Shown here piece by piece: positions 36,709-45,564 of a stretch of 64,000 nucleotides of DNA. The notes under the pieces are model-generated. The model did not search any database, was not told where the DNA came from, and was given only the letters and a program-made list of their open reading frames with translations. Each line of letters starts with the position of its first letter. Within the stretch, counting starts at the first letter, position 1. The position numbers and the translations under genes were made by a program. The DNA comes from an uncultured SAR86 cluster bacterium. Its GTDB lineage: Bacteria; Pseudomonadota; Gammaproteobacteria; Magnimaribacterales; D2472. Location: NCBI GenBank assembly GCA_902601475.1, contig CACKNK010000001.1, forward strand, positions 59,075 to 123,074. The letters are read 5' to 3'.

Positions 36709-37323
36709 CTACTCCCCCATAGTGATTGCTTTTGCAAAAGCTGGCCTTGCCTTAATCCTTTCAACATAAGCCTTGATGTTGCTCATGTCTTCACCTACAC
36801 ACCCGAGTCTATTTGCCATAAAGCAAGAATGTCCAAGCATCAGATCAGCAGCAGAAAAATTACCAATTAAGTATTCTTTATCAGCCAAGTTCTCATTAAC
36901 AGGCAATAGCGATTTGGTAAGTAAGTTTTTAGCTTGGTTTAAGACAGTCTCGTCCCTTCGATCGGGTGGCAATAAAAGAGTCTGAACAACTATCTGATTC
37001 ATTGGGGGCATTACCATACCCTCACAATAGTGATACCACTGCAAATAGAAAGGAAACTCAGCAGCATCTGAACCGGGTTTTAATCCACCATTTTTATGGC
37101 GCTCGAGAATGTAATCAATAATAGCACCGGATTCAAAAATTGATACATCACCGTCCTCTAACACCGGGACTCTTCCAAGTGCATGCCTTGCTCTATGTTC
37201 AGGAGATTTCAGCCCTTCTTTTGTAAAAGGCATGATGTTGACCTCGTACTCCAAACCTAACTCCTCTAATAACCAGACCACACGACCTGCTCTAGTTCCA
37301 GCAACAAAGTGAACTTTTAACAT
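36709..37323 (-). CDS. Glutathione S-transferase
   Basis: N-terminal thioredoxin-like GST motif ([24 protein letters not shown]) plus a helical C-domain. Confidence 0.8.
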   Translation of the reverse strand: MLKVHFVAGTRAGRVVWLLEELGLEYEVNIMPFTKEGLKSPEHRARHALGRVPVLEDGDVSIFESGAIIDYILERHKNGGLKPGSDAAEFPFYLQWYHYCEGMVMPPMNQIVVQTLLLPPDRRDETVLNQAKNLLTKSLLPVNENLADKEYLIGNFSAADLMLGHSCFMANRLGCVGEDMSNIKAYVERIKARPAFAKAITMGE

Positions 37324-37335
37324 TATTTTTTCTCC

Positions 37336-38025
37336 TTATTTTTTAACCATTTTTTCAGCATTTTTAGCAAATTCTTTTGCCTTCTCATCATCATCTAACA
37401 TGCTCTCTATTTTTATAGGAACTTCAATGCCTTTAACCATACCAGGCTGTTTGTACATAGCTTTTATCCACCTATCTAAGTGCTCAAGACCATCAACATT
37501 AATACCGGACCATTTATGCGTTCGAACCCAGCACCAGTTAGCAATATCAGCAATCGAAAATTCTCCAGCCAACCATTCATTGTCTTTTAAATGCGTGTCT
37601 AAAACTTCAAAAAGCCTTCTGCCTTCATTTTGATAGCGATCAATAGCAGGTTGAATTTTTTCTGGAAAATACCTAAAAAATACATTAGCTTGTCCCATCA
37701 TGGGGCCCACGCCACCCATCTGAAACATCAACCACTCCAGGACTTTAGCTTTTTTAGTTGGATCTGAAGACATTAGTTTTCCTGACTTTTCCGCCAGATA
37801 TATCATAATTGCACCTGATTCAAAGATAGATAAGTTACCTGCACTCCTATCAACAATCGCAGGAATTCTACCGTTGGGGCTAATTTTCAAAAAATCAGGC
37901 TTTTTTTGTTCATTTTCCATGAGGTTAACGACATGAACTTTATAGTCCATATTTAAGGCTTCTAAAGTACATGAAACCTTATGCCCGTTGGGTGTGGGTG
38001 CTGTATAAAAATCAATCATGGTCAC
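37336..38025 (-). CDS. Glutathione S-transferase (YfcG/YghU Nu-class-like)
   Basis: [30 protein letters not shown] and [11 protein letters not shown] blocks. Confidence 0.75.
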   Translation of the reverse strand: MTMIDFYTAPTPNGHKVSCTLEALNMDYKVHVVNLMENEQKKPDFLKISPNGRIPAIVDRSAGNLSIFESGAIMIYLAEKSGKLMSSDPTKKAKVLEWLMFQMGGVGPMMGQANVFFRYFPEKIQPAIDRYQNEGRRLFEVLDTHLKDNEWLAGEFSIADIANWCWVRTHKWSGINVDGLEHLDRWIKAMYKQPGMVKGIEVPIKIESMLDDDEKAKEFAKNAEKMVKK

Positions 38026-39089
38026 TCCTTAATAAAGTTTATTAAAATATTAGATAATTGTTTTGGCCTAGTCCACTGATAGAAATGGCCTCCGCCAATA
38101 TGTGGGGCACTCTTTGCATTGGGAGCCATTCTCAACACATCTTTTTCAATGCCATTGGTTACAGGATCATCTCCAGCGAATACTGAAAGAAAAGGTAATG
38201 AGGAAGTGGCAAAAAAGTCCCTAGCATTTTTTTGTGCTTCGAGAGACTGGTCTGGAATAATCGGAACATGGCTTGGCATTGCTCTTGGACCCATTTTATA
38301 AGAGGCATTTGGAAAGGGAGCTTCATAAGCTTTCATGAGATTTGTACTAAATGGAGAGATACTCTCTAAGCCAAGTTTAAAAAACAAATAATGGCCCATA
38401 GCCATAAACTTTGATCTCTTTTCCATTTGCATTGAATTAATCATGCCTATTGGTAAATTTTCTGTATCCCAGCAAAATTTTTGCCAATACATAAATTTCA
38501 AAGCAACATGTCCTGATGCCCTGTCAGCATCCATCTTCCTTACCTCTTTTACCATACTGTAGGGTGTTAACTTAATTGAGCTTGCTCTAAATTCTTTGAT
38601 TTGATCTATAACATCTTGAGGAACATCTGGGTTATATGGCAATCCAGTATTGCCCATCGAAACTTTTTTAAATCGATGAGGAGCATTTGCAACCATTCTA
38701 AGACCAATGAGACCCCCCCAATCTTGACCAAAAAATGTAAGTTCTTTGAAATCATTGAATTCAAGCCAAGTTGACATCCAATCTACTTGATTTTGATAAG
38801 AGTAATCTTCTCGTGCACCAGGCTTATCTGATTTGCCGTAACCCACAAGATCTGGAGCAATGACTCTTACTCCTGCATCATTAAGAATAGGAATCATACG
38901 TGCATAAAGGTAACTCCAAACAGGCTGACCGTGCATTGCCAATAAAATAGGACCATCTCTTGGGCCTTCATCAATATGATGAATTCTTAAAGGTGTTCCG
39001 TCCCTTGAAGTTATCTCTGTGTATACCGGTTTAAAGGGATAATCCTTTATTCCTTCAAAATATTTATCGGGTGTACGTAAGACTTGCAT
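38022..39089 (-). CDS. Haloalkane dehalogenase, HLD-I (DhlA-like) alpha/beta hydrolase
   Basis: Aligns with the remembered X. autotrophicus DhlA: [53 protein letters not shown], Asp nucleophile in [25 protein letters not shown]. It is ~45 aa longer than DhlA, in the cap region. Confidence 0.7.
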   Translation of the reverse strand: MQVLRTPDKYFEGIKDYPFKPVYTEITSRDGTPLRIHHIDEGPRDGPILLAMHGQPVWSYLYARMIPILNDAGVRVIAPDLVGYGKSDKPGAREDYSYQNQVDWMSTWLEFNDFKELTFFGQDWGGLIGLRMVANAPHRFKKVSMGNTGLPYNPDVPQDVIDQIKEFRASSIKLTPYSMVKEVRKMDADRASGHVALKFMYWQKFCWDTENLPIGMINSMQMEKRSKFMAMGHYLFFKLGLESISPFSTNLMKAYEAPFPNASYKMGPRAMPSHVPIIPDQSLEAQKNARDFFATSSLPFLSVFAGDDPVTNGIEKDVLRMAPNAKSAPHIGGGHFYQWTRPKQLSNILINFIKE

Positions 39090-39116
39090 GTGTAATTAAT
39101 CCCCTAAGCCATGATG

Positions 39117-39143
39117 ACTATTGACACTATATATGTCAATAGT
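39117..39143. promoter_or_regulatory. Perfect 10-7-10 inverted repeat (candidate TetR operator) overlapping divergent promoters
   Basis: ACTATTGACA-ctatata-TGTCAATAGT. Each arm contains TTGACA. On the plus strand, TTGACA (39121-26), a 17-nt spacer, then TAATAT (39144-49), 6 nt before the tetR ATG. On the minus strand, TTGACA (39139-34), a 17-nt spacer, then CATCAT (39116-11). Confidence 0.6.
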
Positions 39144-39155
39144 TAATATACTTTA

Positions 39156-39755
39156 ATGAGTAATGAGCCTGCATTAAATATTAAAACAGGTGATGGACGT
39201 TTCGCTAGAAGCAAAAAAACAAAAGATGCTATCGTAAGAGCTCTTCTAAAACTCCTTAGAAATACTCCCTTTCCAACTGCAGAGCAAGTAGCCAAGGAAT
39301 CAAAAATTGGTCTCAGAACTGTATACAGGCAATTTAAAGATATGGAGAGTATCTATCTATCATTGCATGAAGAATGCATGCATTCGTTGGGTCAAATTTT
39401 TAATAGCGACGTTGACTTGGATAGGCCTTTTAACGAAAGAGTAAGTTTTGCTATACGTGAGAGATTTACTATCTATGAGAAATATGAAACCTTGTTTATA
39501 GCTACTATCTCTAATTCTGCTCGATTACCAACCCTTGTTAATCAGGTTGCTGAATCTTATCAATTTATGCGTGAGAGATTTATCAAGATTGTTCCTGAAA
39601 TTGAGAATCTTTCAACAATTAAATCTGATCTACTTTTTACAAGAATTCTTTTTCCATCATGGTTCTCATTGCGAAATGTTCTGAGGCACGATCAAAAAAT
39701 AATTATTGATGAGCTTTCAAATGATTTGATGAAATACATCAAAGGCAATATTTGA
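39156..39755 (+). CDS. TetR/AcrR family transcriptional regulator
   Basis: N-terminal HTH (PFPTAEQVAKESKIGLRTVYRQFKDMESI), ~200 aa. Divergent from the 19-gene array. Confidence 0.75.
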   Translation: MSNEPALNIKTGDGRFARSKKTKDAIVRALLKLLRNTPFPTAEQVAKESKIGLRTVYRQFKDMESIYLSLHEECMHSLGQIFNSDVDLDRPFNERVSFAIRERFTIYEKYETLFIATISNSARLPTLVNQVAESYQFMRERFIKIVPEIENLSTIKSDLLFTRILFPSWFSLRNVLRHDQKIIIDELSNDLMKYIKGNI

Positions 39756-39801
39756 TACTTATTTTATTAGTGAAATAAATTTATATCATTAGCTCATTAA
39801 T

Positions 39802-39827
39802 AAAAAAGGCAGCCTAAGCTGCCTTTT
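39802..39827. terminator. Bidirectional rho-independent terminator between the tetR-like gene and the TonB-dependent receptor
   Basis: A6 run, GGCAGC-CTAA-GCTGCC hairpin, T4 run. It works on both strands. Confidence 0.75.
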
Positions 39828-39845
39828 ATAAATGATTGAACTAAC

Positions 39846-42377
39846 TTAGAAGTTGTAAGTTAATTGGAATCCGATTTGTCTTCCACGGTTGGTTACTGCT
39901 TCATAGAATTTTGAAGGCAATCCATTTCCGCCAGGAAGTGCATAGTCTGTGAAGTAATTAGGCATAAATGCAAGATCTACATCATCCAAGACATTTTTCA
40001 CAAAGACATTTGCATCCCATTGTCCATCTCCTGATCTCCAACCAAAGTAAAGGTTAGCAAGATAAAGCTCGCCAATTTTAAGATCTGGATTGACGCCATT
40101 ATCTCTTTCGCCTCTGTAGTTGATGTTGTATCTTGTATATCTTTCACCGCCTGCATAAGAAGGCACTGTGTGATCAAGATAAAAAGTCCATGAGGTTTCA
40201 ACAGCATCATTAATTGGATCACCACTAACATCTGTAGTAGCAGCAGTCATTCCTGTATATGTAGGATCATTAGTATAACCAACTGATCCTGCATCAAACT
40301 CACTTTCAGAAGATGTAATACTTCCTCCTAATACAAGATTTTCATTAACAATATATTTGTACTCAAGATCCATACCTGTAAGAGATGCATCATTATTATT
40401 AATGATTCCACCCTGTACCTGAGCAGTTGCTCCTGGACCTGTAGGACCATATGTTCTTGCGGTTACATCATCCCATTTTCTTTGGAAGTTTTCGAAGGAA
40501 TAATCAAAGTAAGCAAAATTAAGTCTTAATCTGCCATCCATAAATGTTCCTTTCATACCAACTTCAGTCATGTCAGTTTCTTCTTCAGCAAAAGGAATTA
40601 GCGCTGGTGAAATTGGTGTGTTTGCCAAAGTACGTCCTGCGCCTCTGAAACCTTGTTGCATTGAGACATAAACCATTACGTCATCATCAACAAAATGGCC
40701 GATTTTAAAGCTTCCAGTTGTTGATTCATTATCAACTTGCTGTAAGGCAGCAGGAATTAACTCAAATGAGCCACCCCCACCTGATGCTTGTCCTACCAAC
40801 AAAGATAATGGAAGGAAGAATTGGTTTGATGCATAGGCAGATATTTCTTGCTCTCTCATACCAAACTGAAGAAAAGTTTGATCGCTAATGTTGTACTTAA
40901 AGTTAGCAAAAACTGCTTCGGTTTTAGAGTTAACTGTATAGTTTGAACAAGCCAAAATAACGCTTTGATTTGCAAATGTACTGCCATCATTAACAGCAGC
41001 CTGACATGCATTAAAAGGTGTCTTGTAACTAAATGGAACTGCTCCTTTATACAAATGTGGAGCTACAGCTGTGATATCAAAGGATCTATCTAGATCAGCA
41101 TGAGTAAACGTTTCTGAGTCTCTGCTGAAAACACCTAATGTGTATTCAAATGTAGAATTGTCCTGATTAGAAATCCTTGCTTCAAAAGTGTCTATACCAG
41201 CATTTGTTCTTACTTCTTGAGGATACCCATATGGATATGCACCAGCATAATCCCTATCAATTAACCCTAAAGTATCATTTTCATAATCAGACATTCTTAA
41301 TGATAAAAGATGTGATCCCATATCATAATCAATCATGAGGTTTAGGGTTTCTCCAGAATTGTTCTGATAGGCTCTTTGGAAATGAAGGGCTGTTCGGTCT
41401 TCAAAGTCAAGTGAACCACCAGCAATATCACCATAGGTTGGTCTATGAAGGAAAGCTAGTTGCTGTGCTGCAGCCGCTCCCCCAAGTTGAGCAACAGTAG
41501 CTACATAGCCATTTACAAGTGAAGCATAATCCGGATAAGTAGTGGCAGGGAAAAATGGATTTGAAACACCTGCAACTGCTGCAAATGTATCAAAAGTAAT
41601 AGGGCCACTTGTTCCAGCAACAGCTCTTGGAGCTATGCTTGTTGACTCCATATTTTGATATTTAAGTCTTACTGAGAGATTATCACTTGGCTCCCAATTT
41701 AGTGAGAGTCTAAAAGCATCATAAGCATGGTCTTCTCTTTGGTTATTTCTGATATTTTTAACTTCATTGCCAGCATTGTCATTTGTAACAGCAGCAAATC
41801 TCATTGCCATTGTGTCACTAATGCCTATATCAGATGCAAATTCTAAAATCTGGGTAGAGTTATCTGCAAAAGAAGACTTGATATAGCCGTTTCTAGCATC
41901 ACTTCCAATCTCAGCATCTCTTGTGTAAATTTGAAGTGCACCACCAGTACTAACAACACCCTGAACCGTTCCTTGAGCACCTTTTAAAATCTCAACTCTC
42001 TCAGTATCAAACATTTGATAGAAAGCAACCTGAGGTCTTACAGGCATTTCATCAATATATGCCTGAATAGGTTGATCAGTACCTGTGTCAGGGTCAAGTT
42101 TTTGACCTCGAATTGTGATGCTTGCTCTTCTGGGATCGATTTGAGTGAACTCAACTCCAGATACCAGCTGTGCTAATTCGCTTAGTTCACGAATTTGATA
42201 ATCATCGATATCGCTGCCGCTTACTGCATTAACAGTTTCGGCAATTGTTTGAACATTTTCTTCTTTTTTAGTTGCTGTAACGACCACCTCTTCAAGAACC
42301 AATTCATTTTGAGCATGCAAAGATGAAGAAATGATGCCGACTGGCAACAACATTAATATAGATAATAATTTACGCAT
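39846..42377 (-). CDS. TonB-dependent outer-membrane receptor
   Basis: Signal peptide, TonB-box/plug start (ELVLEEVVVTATKKEE), plug motifs (IEILKGAQGT), long beta-barrel, terminal aromatic (...QLTYNF). Confidence 0.85.
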   Translation of the reverse strand: MRKLLSILMLLPVGIISSSLHAQNELVLEEVVVTATKKEENVQTIAETVNAVSGSDIDDYQIRELSELAQLVSGVEFTQIDPRRASITIRGQKLDPDTGTDQPIQAYIDEMPVRPQVAFYQMFDTERVEILKGAQGTVQGVVSTGGALQIYTRDAEIGSDARNGYIKSSFADNSTQILEFASDIGISDTMAMRFAAVTNDNAGNEVKNIRNNQREDHAYDAFRLSLNWEPSDNLSVRLKYQNMESTSIAPRAVAGTSGPITFDTFAAVAGVSNPFFPATTYPDYASLVNGYVATVAQLGGAAAAQQLAFLHRPTYGDIAGGSLDFEDRTALHFQRAYQNNSGETLNLMIDYDMGSHLLSLRMSDYENDTLGLIDRDYAGAYPYGYPQEVRTNAGIDTFEARISNQDNSTFEYTLGVFSRDSETFTHADLDRSFDITAVAPHLYKGAVPFSYKTPFNACQAAVNDGSTFANQSVILACSNYTVNSKTEAVFANFKYNISDQTFLQFGMREQEISAYASNQFFLPLSLLVGQASGGGGSFELIPAALQQVDNESTTGSFKIGHFVDDDVMVYVSMQQGFRGAGRTLANTPISPALIPFAEEETDMTEVGMKGTFMDGRLRLNFAYFDYSFENFQRKWDDVTARTYGPTGPGATAQVQGGIINNNDASLTGMDLEYKYIVNENLVLGGSITSSESEFDAGSVGYTNDPTYTGMTAATTDVSGDPINDAVETSWTFYLDHTVPSYAGGERYTRYNINYRGERDNGVNPDLKIGELYLANLYFGWRSGDGQWDANVFVKNVLDDVDLAFMPNYFTDYALPGGNGLPSKFYEAVTNRGRQIGFQLTYNF

Positions 42378-42466
42378 TTTTCCCCCTAATATGAAAAACT
42401 TACCAAGAATATACCTTTTTTTCGGCTAAATATAAACTTTTTTGACCCTTTTACAGATCACTGATT

Positions 42467-43114
42467 TTAAGGAGAAGTCAACTCCTGAGGGCTATTTTTA
42501 CTCTCATTTATAAGTGTTTGAATGTCTACAATCGATTGATTAGTTTGCTTTCTAAAATTATCAAAGGCTTGAATGGTTTCATCCATGACCAACATCCTCC
42601 TCTGAAGAGCATTGATTTGCTGTGCTATAGCCTTAAATTCTTCACTCTCAACATTAAGCTTCCTGATGATATTGTTAAGTTCTTTTAGCTCTTTGCTGGC
42701 ATTGACTGAAGAGGCTTTAAGCTGGTTTAGACTTTGAGTAACAACGCTATTTTGTTTTTTTATTGCTTCAAGTTCGGTAAAAATTTTTTGAATGTTGACT
42801 TTGTTTCGTTTATTGCTGAGGTCCCAAAGCTTCTTAATTTCTTTATCCAAAAATTGAAGTTGTGCGCCAGTATCTGTCAGAAACTCAGTGCTTACTTCGT
42901 CAGCCAATTGGAACTCCTCCTCTAGCTGAATAAGTCTAGATTCTAAATCAGTAGTATTTACACCTGTATTTTTTGAAATCTGTCCAACCCACAGCGAAAG
43001 AAAAAGAATTCCAAATAAAAGAGCAACAAAGACTATTGCTAAGACAATACCGCCTTTTTCTTCAACAACTTTGTAGATTCTCTGAAAGTCTTCAGGTGAT
43101 ATTTTATCTGTCAT
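42467..43114 (-). CDS. Membrane-anchored coiled-coil protein, unknown function
   Basis: Short N-terminal segment, one TM (GGIVLAIVFVALLFGILFLSLWVG), then ~165 aa of heptad-rich Q/E/K/N/L sequence. Directly upstream of the TBDR. Confidence 0.4.
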   Translation of the reverse strand: MTDKISPEDFQRIYKVVEEKGGIVLAIVFVALLFGILFLSLWVGQISKNTGVNTTDLESRLIQLEEEFQLADEVSTEFLTDTGAQLQFLDKEIKKLWDLSNKRNKVNIQKIFTELEAIKKQNSVVTQSLNQLKASSVNASKELKELNNIIRKLNVESEEFKAIAQQINALQRRMLVMDETIQAFDNFRKQTNQSIVDIQTLINESKNSPQELTSP

Positions 43115-43188
43115 GATGGGTATGATTTATGTTTTAATATGTTAATCAATTAACTAACTAATTACTAAAAATATTTAAACATTAAGCT

Positions 43189-44304
43189 ATGAACTTAGAT
43201 TTTTCTGACGATCAAAAATTCTTACAAGATGAAGCTCGAAAATTTTTTGATAAAGAAGGTGGGCTTACTAATACTAGGAAGGTAATGGATGAGAGCCTTA
43301 GCCATGATGAAGCACTATGGGGAAAAGTGCTTGAACTCGGTTGGACAGGAATTCGAATTCCTGAAGAATATGATGGCTTGGGTCTTGGTCACCTAGAACT
43401 ATGCGTGATTGCTGAAGAAATTGGGAGAGCTTTGGCTCCAATACCCTTTTCATCTTCAGTCTATTTATTTACTGAAACCATCATTAAATATGGGTCTGAG
43501 GAAATTAAAAAAAATGTTCTTCCAAAACTTGTTACAGGTGAAATCGTAGGTACCTATGCAGTTGCTGAAGATATGTCTGCAATTACTGAATCGACTCTTT
43601 CATGTGCTGTTGAGGGCGACTCTGTCAATGGAGCAAAAATAGCTGTCCCAGATGCTGAACTTGCAACTCATGCAGTTGTTTTAGTTAAAGGAACTAAAGG
43701 TCCAGAATTAAGGTTGGTTGACTTGAATTCTGATGGAGTTGAAATCTCTCTTCAAAAAAATCTAGATAAATCAAGATCATTTTATAAAGTAGCTTTTAAT
43801 AATACTCAGTCATCTCTTTTGGGTGATCAAGGTTCTGGCTGGGAATCTCATGTTCATATTATGGATCAGGCGGCCGTACTATTTGCCTTTGAGCAAGTTG
43901 GCGGTTCGCAGCAAGCTCTTGATATGGCTAAAGAATATGCTATGGAGCGTTATGCATTTGGGAGACAGATCGGTTCTTATCAAGCTATTAAGCACAAACT
44001 TGCTGATATGTATGTTGCAGTAACTTTGGCAAAATCAAATTGTTATTACGGTGCCTGGGCACTTTCATCTGAGTCATCAGAGTTGCCACTTGCTGCAGCC
44101 ACTTCACGAGTAAGTGCTACAAAAGCTTTTCAGTTATGTGCTAAAGAGAATATTCAAACTCATGGAGGAAATGGATTTACTTGGGAATATGACTGTCATC
44201 TCTTTTACAAGCGATCTAAAGTTCTTTCACTAAACTTAGGATCAGAAGCAAGCTGGAAAGAAAAGCTCGTTTCTGCGATGGAAAAAACAAATACACTTAA
44301 TTAA
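43189..44304 (+). CDS. Acyl-CoA dehydrogenase family protein (short subunit-like)
   Basis: ACAD fold blocks (AVAEDMSA..., ...IQTHGGNGFTWEYDCHLFYKRSK). The YEG(T/S) catalytic-base block is not evident. Confidence 0.7.
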   Translation: MNLDFSDDQKFLQDEARKFFDKEGGLTNTRKVMDESLSHDEALWGKVLELGWTGIRIPEEYDGLGLGHLELCVIAEEIGRALAPIPFSSSVYLFTETIIKYGSEEIKKNVLPKLVTGEIVGTYAVAEDMSAITESTLSCAVEGDSVNGAKIAVPDAELATHAVVLVKGTKGPELRLVDLNSDGVEISLQKNLDKSRSFYKVAFNNTQSSLLGDQGSGWESHVHIMDQAAVLFAFEQVGGSQQALDMAKEYAMERYAFGRQIGSYQAIKHKLADMYVAVTLAKSNCYYGAWALSSESSELPLAAATSRVSATKAFQLCAKENIQTHGGNGFTWEYDCHLFYKRSKVLSLNLGSEASWKEKLVSAMEKTNTLN

Positions 44305-44316
44305 CGAGGAAATAAT

Positions 44317-45549
44317 ATGGATTTTAATGATACTCCGGATCAAGCTAAATTTAGAGCTAAGTGCAAAGAATGGCTAGATAGTAATGCTAAGCTGAAAGAT
44401 GCAGGCAAACGTATAAACGTAGAAAGTAACCTGGAAGAATTAATTGCCAAAGCCAAAGTTTGGCAAAAAAAGAAATATGATGCAGGTTGGGCAATGCTGC
44501 ATTGGCCAAAGGAATATGGTGGCATAAATGCAACCCCAATTGAGCGCATAATTTGGGGTCAGGAGGAATCAAAATATGACGTGCCAGGAAGTATTTTTGA
44601 GATAGGCCTTGGAATGTGTGGTCCTGTCATGATGCAGTATGCCTCAGAAGAACAGAAAGAAAGGTACTTACCACCTATGGCAGAAGGGAAAGAAATCTGG
44701 TGTCAATTATTTTCTGAGCCATCTGCTGGATCGGATGTTGCAGGTCTTAGAAGTAAAGCCGTGAAAGATGGCGATGAGTGGGTTATTAATGGTCAAAAAG
44801 TATGGACTTCGGGGGCTCACTATTCAGATTATGGGATTTTGGTAGTCAGACATGATCCTGATCTGGAAAAACATAAAGGCTTAACTTTCTTTTTTGTTGA
44901 TATGAAGTCACCGGGCATAACAGTCAAACCCATAAAACAAATTACTGGAACTGCTGGAAGTGGTGCTGGCTTTAATGAGGTTTACTTTGATGATGTCAGG
45001 ATTCCCGATTCACAAAGACTTGGGGAAATAGGTGATGGATGGAAAGTAGCTATCACCACATTAATGAATGAAAGATTGGCAGTTGGTGATGCTAAGGGAG
45101 CCGATGTAAATGAAGCTCTTTCTCTAGCCAAAGATAAAGATGACTTTGGTCAGCTAATGATTAAAAATCAAGCCGTAAGAGATAAACTAGCTGATTGGTT
45201 CTGTGAGGCAAATGGACTTAAATACACAAAATTTAGAACCATGTCAGCCCTCTCAAAAGGTGAGGCACCTGGTCCTGAAGCATCGATTACTAAAATTGTG
45301 AGTGCAAACAAACTTCAAGCCATAGGTAATTTTGGAATTGATTCAGGCGATATGGCTGGGATGTTGATTGATGAAGAGGATGGAATGAGTTCTTTTCAAG
45401 CAGCATGGCTTGGCGCACCTGGTCTTAGGATTGCAGGAGGTACCGACGAAATTCTTAAAAATATCATTGCAGAAAGAGTCTTAGGATTACCGCAAGATCC
45501 AAGAGCAGATAAAGGCTTACCTTTTAAAGATATACCGTCAGGAAAATAG
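44317..45549 (+). CDS. Acyl-CoA dehydrogenase family protein
   Basis: FSEPSAGSDVAGL, NGQKVWTSGAHYSD and RIAGGTDEILKNIIAERVL blocks. It lies 12 nt after the preceding ACAD gene. Confidence 0.8.
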   Translation: MDFNDTPDQAKFRAKCKEWLDSNAKLKDAGKRINVESNLEELIAKAKVWQKKKYDAGWAMLHWPKEYGGINATPIERIIWGQEESKYDVPGSIFEIGLGMCGPVMMQYASEEQKERYLPPMAEGKEIWCQLFSEPSAGSDVAGLRSKAVKDGDEWVINGQKVWTSGAHYSDYGILVVRHDPDLEKHKGLTFFFVDMKSPGITVKPIKQITGTAGSGAGFNEVYFDDVRIPDSQRLGEIGDGWKVAITTLMNERLAVGDAKGADVNEALSLAKDKDDFGQLMIKNQAVRDKLADWFCEANGLKYTKFRTMSALSKGEAPGPEASITKIVSANKLQAIGNFGIDSGDMAGMLIDEEDGMSSFQAAWLGAPGLRIAGGTDEILKNIIAERVLGLPQDPRADKGLPFKDIPSGK

Positions 45550-45564
45550 TTTTACATCTAGAAT

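Noticed and set aside
23275-39755. A genomic island integrated at tRNA-Leu, since the accessory-looking 19-gene array starts right next to a tRNA
   Set aside because: I saw no integrase, transposase or direct repeat of the tRNA 3' end. The array lies on the 5' side of the tRNA, not the 3' side where integration usually occurs. By eye, base composition and codon style are the same as in the flanking core genes.
43141-43154. Palindrome GTTAAT-CA-ATTAAC in the divergent region between the coiled-coil gene and the ACAD pair
   Set aside because: The arms are short (6 bp) and all but one position are A/T, in a very AT-rich spacer. It is indistinguishable from chance without comparative data.
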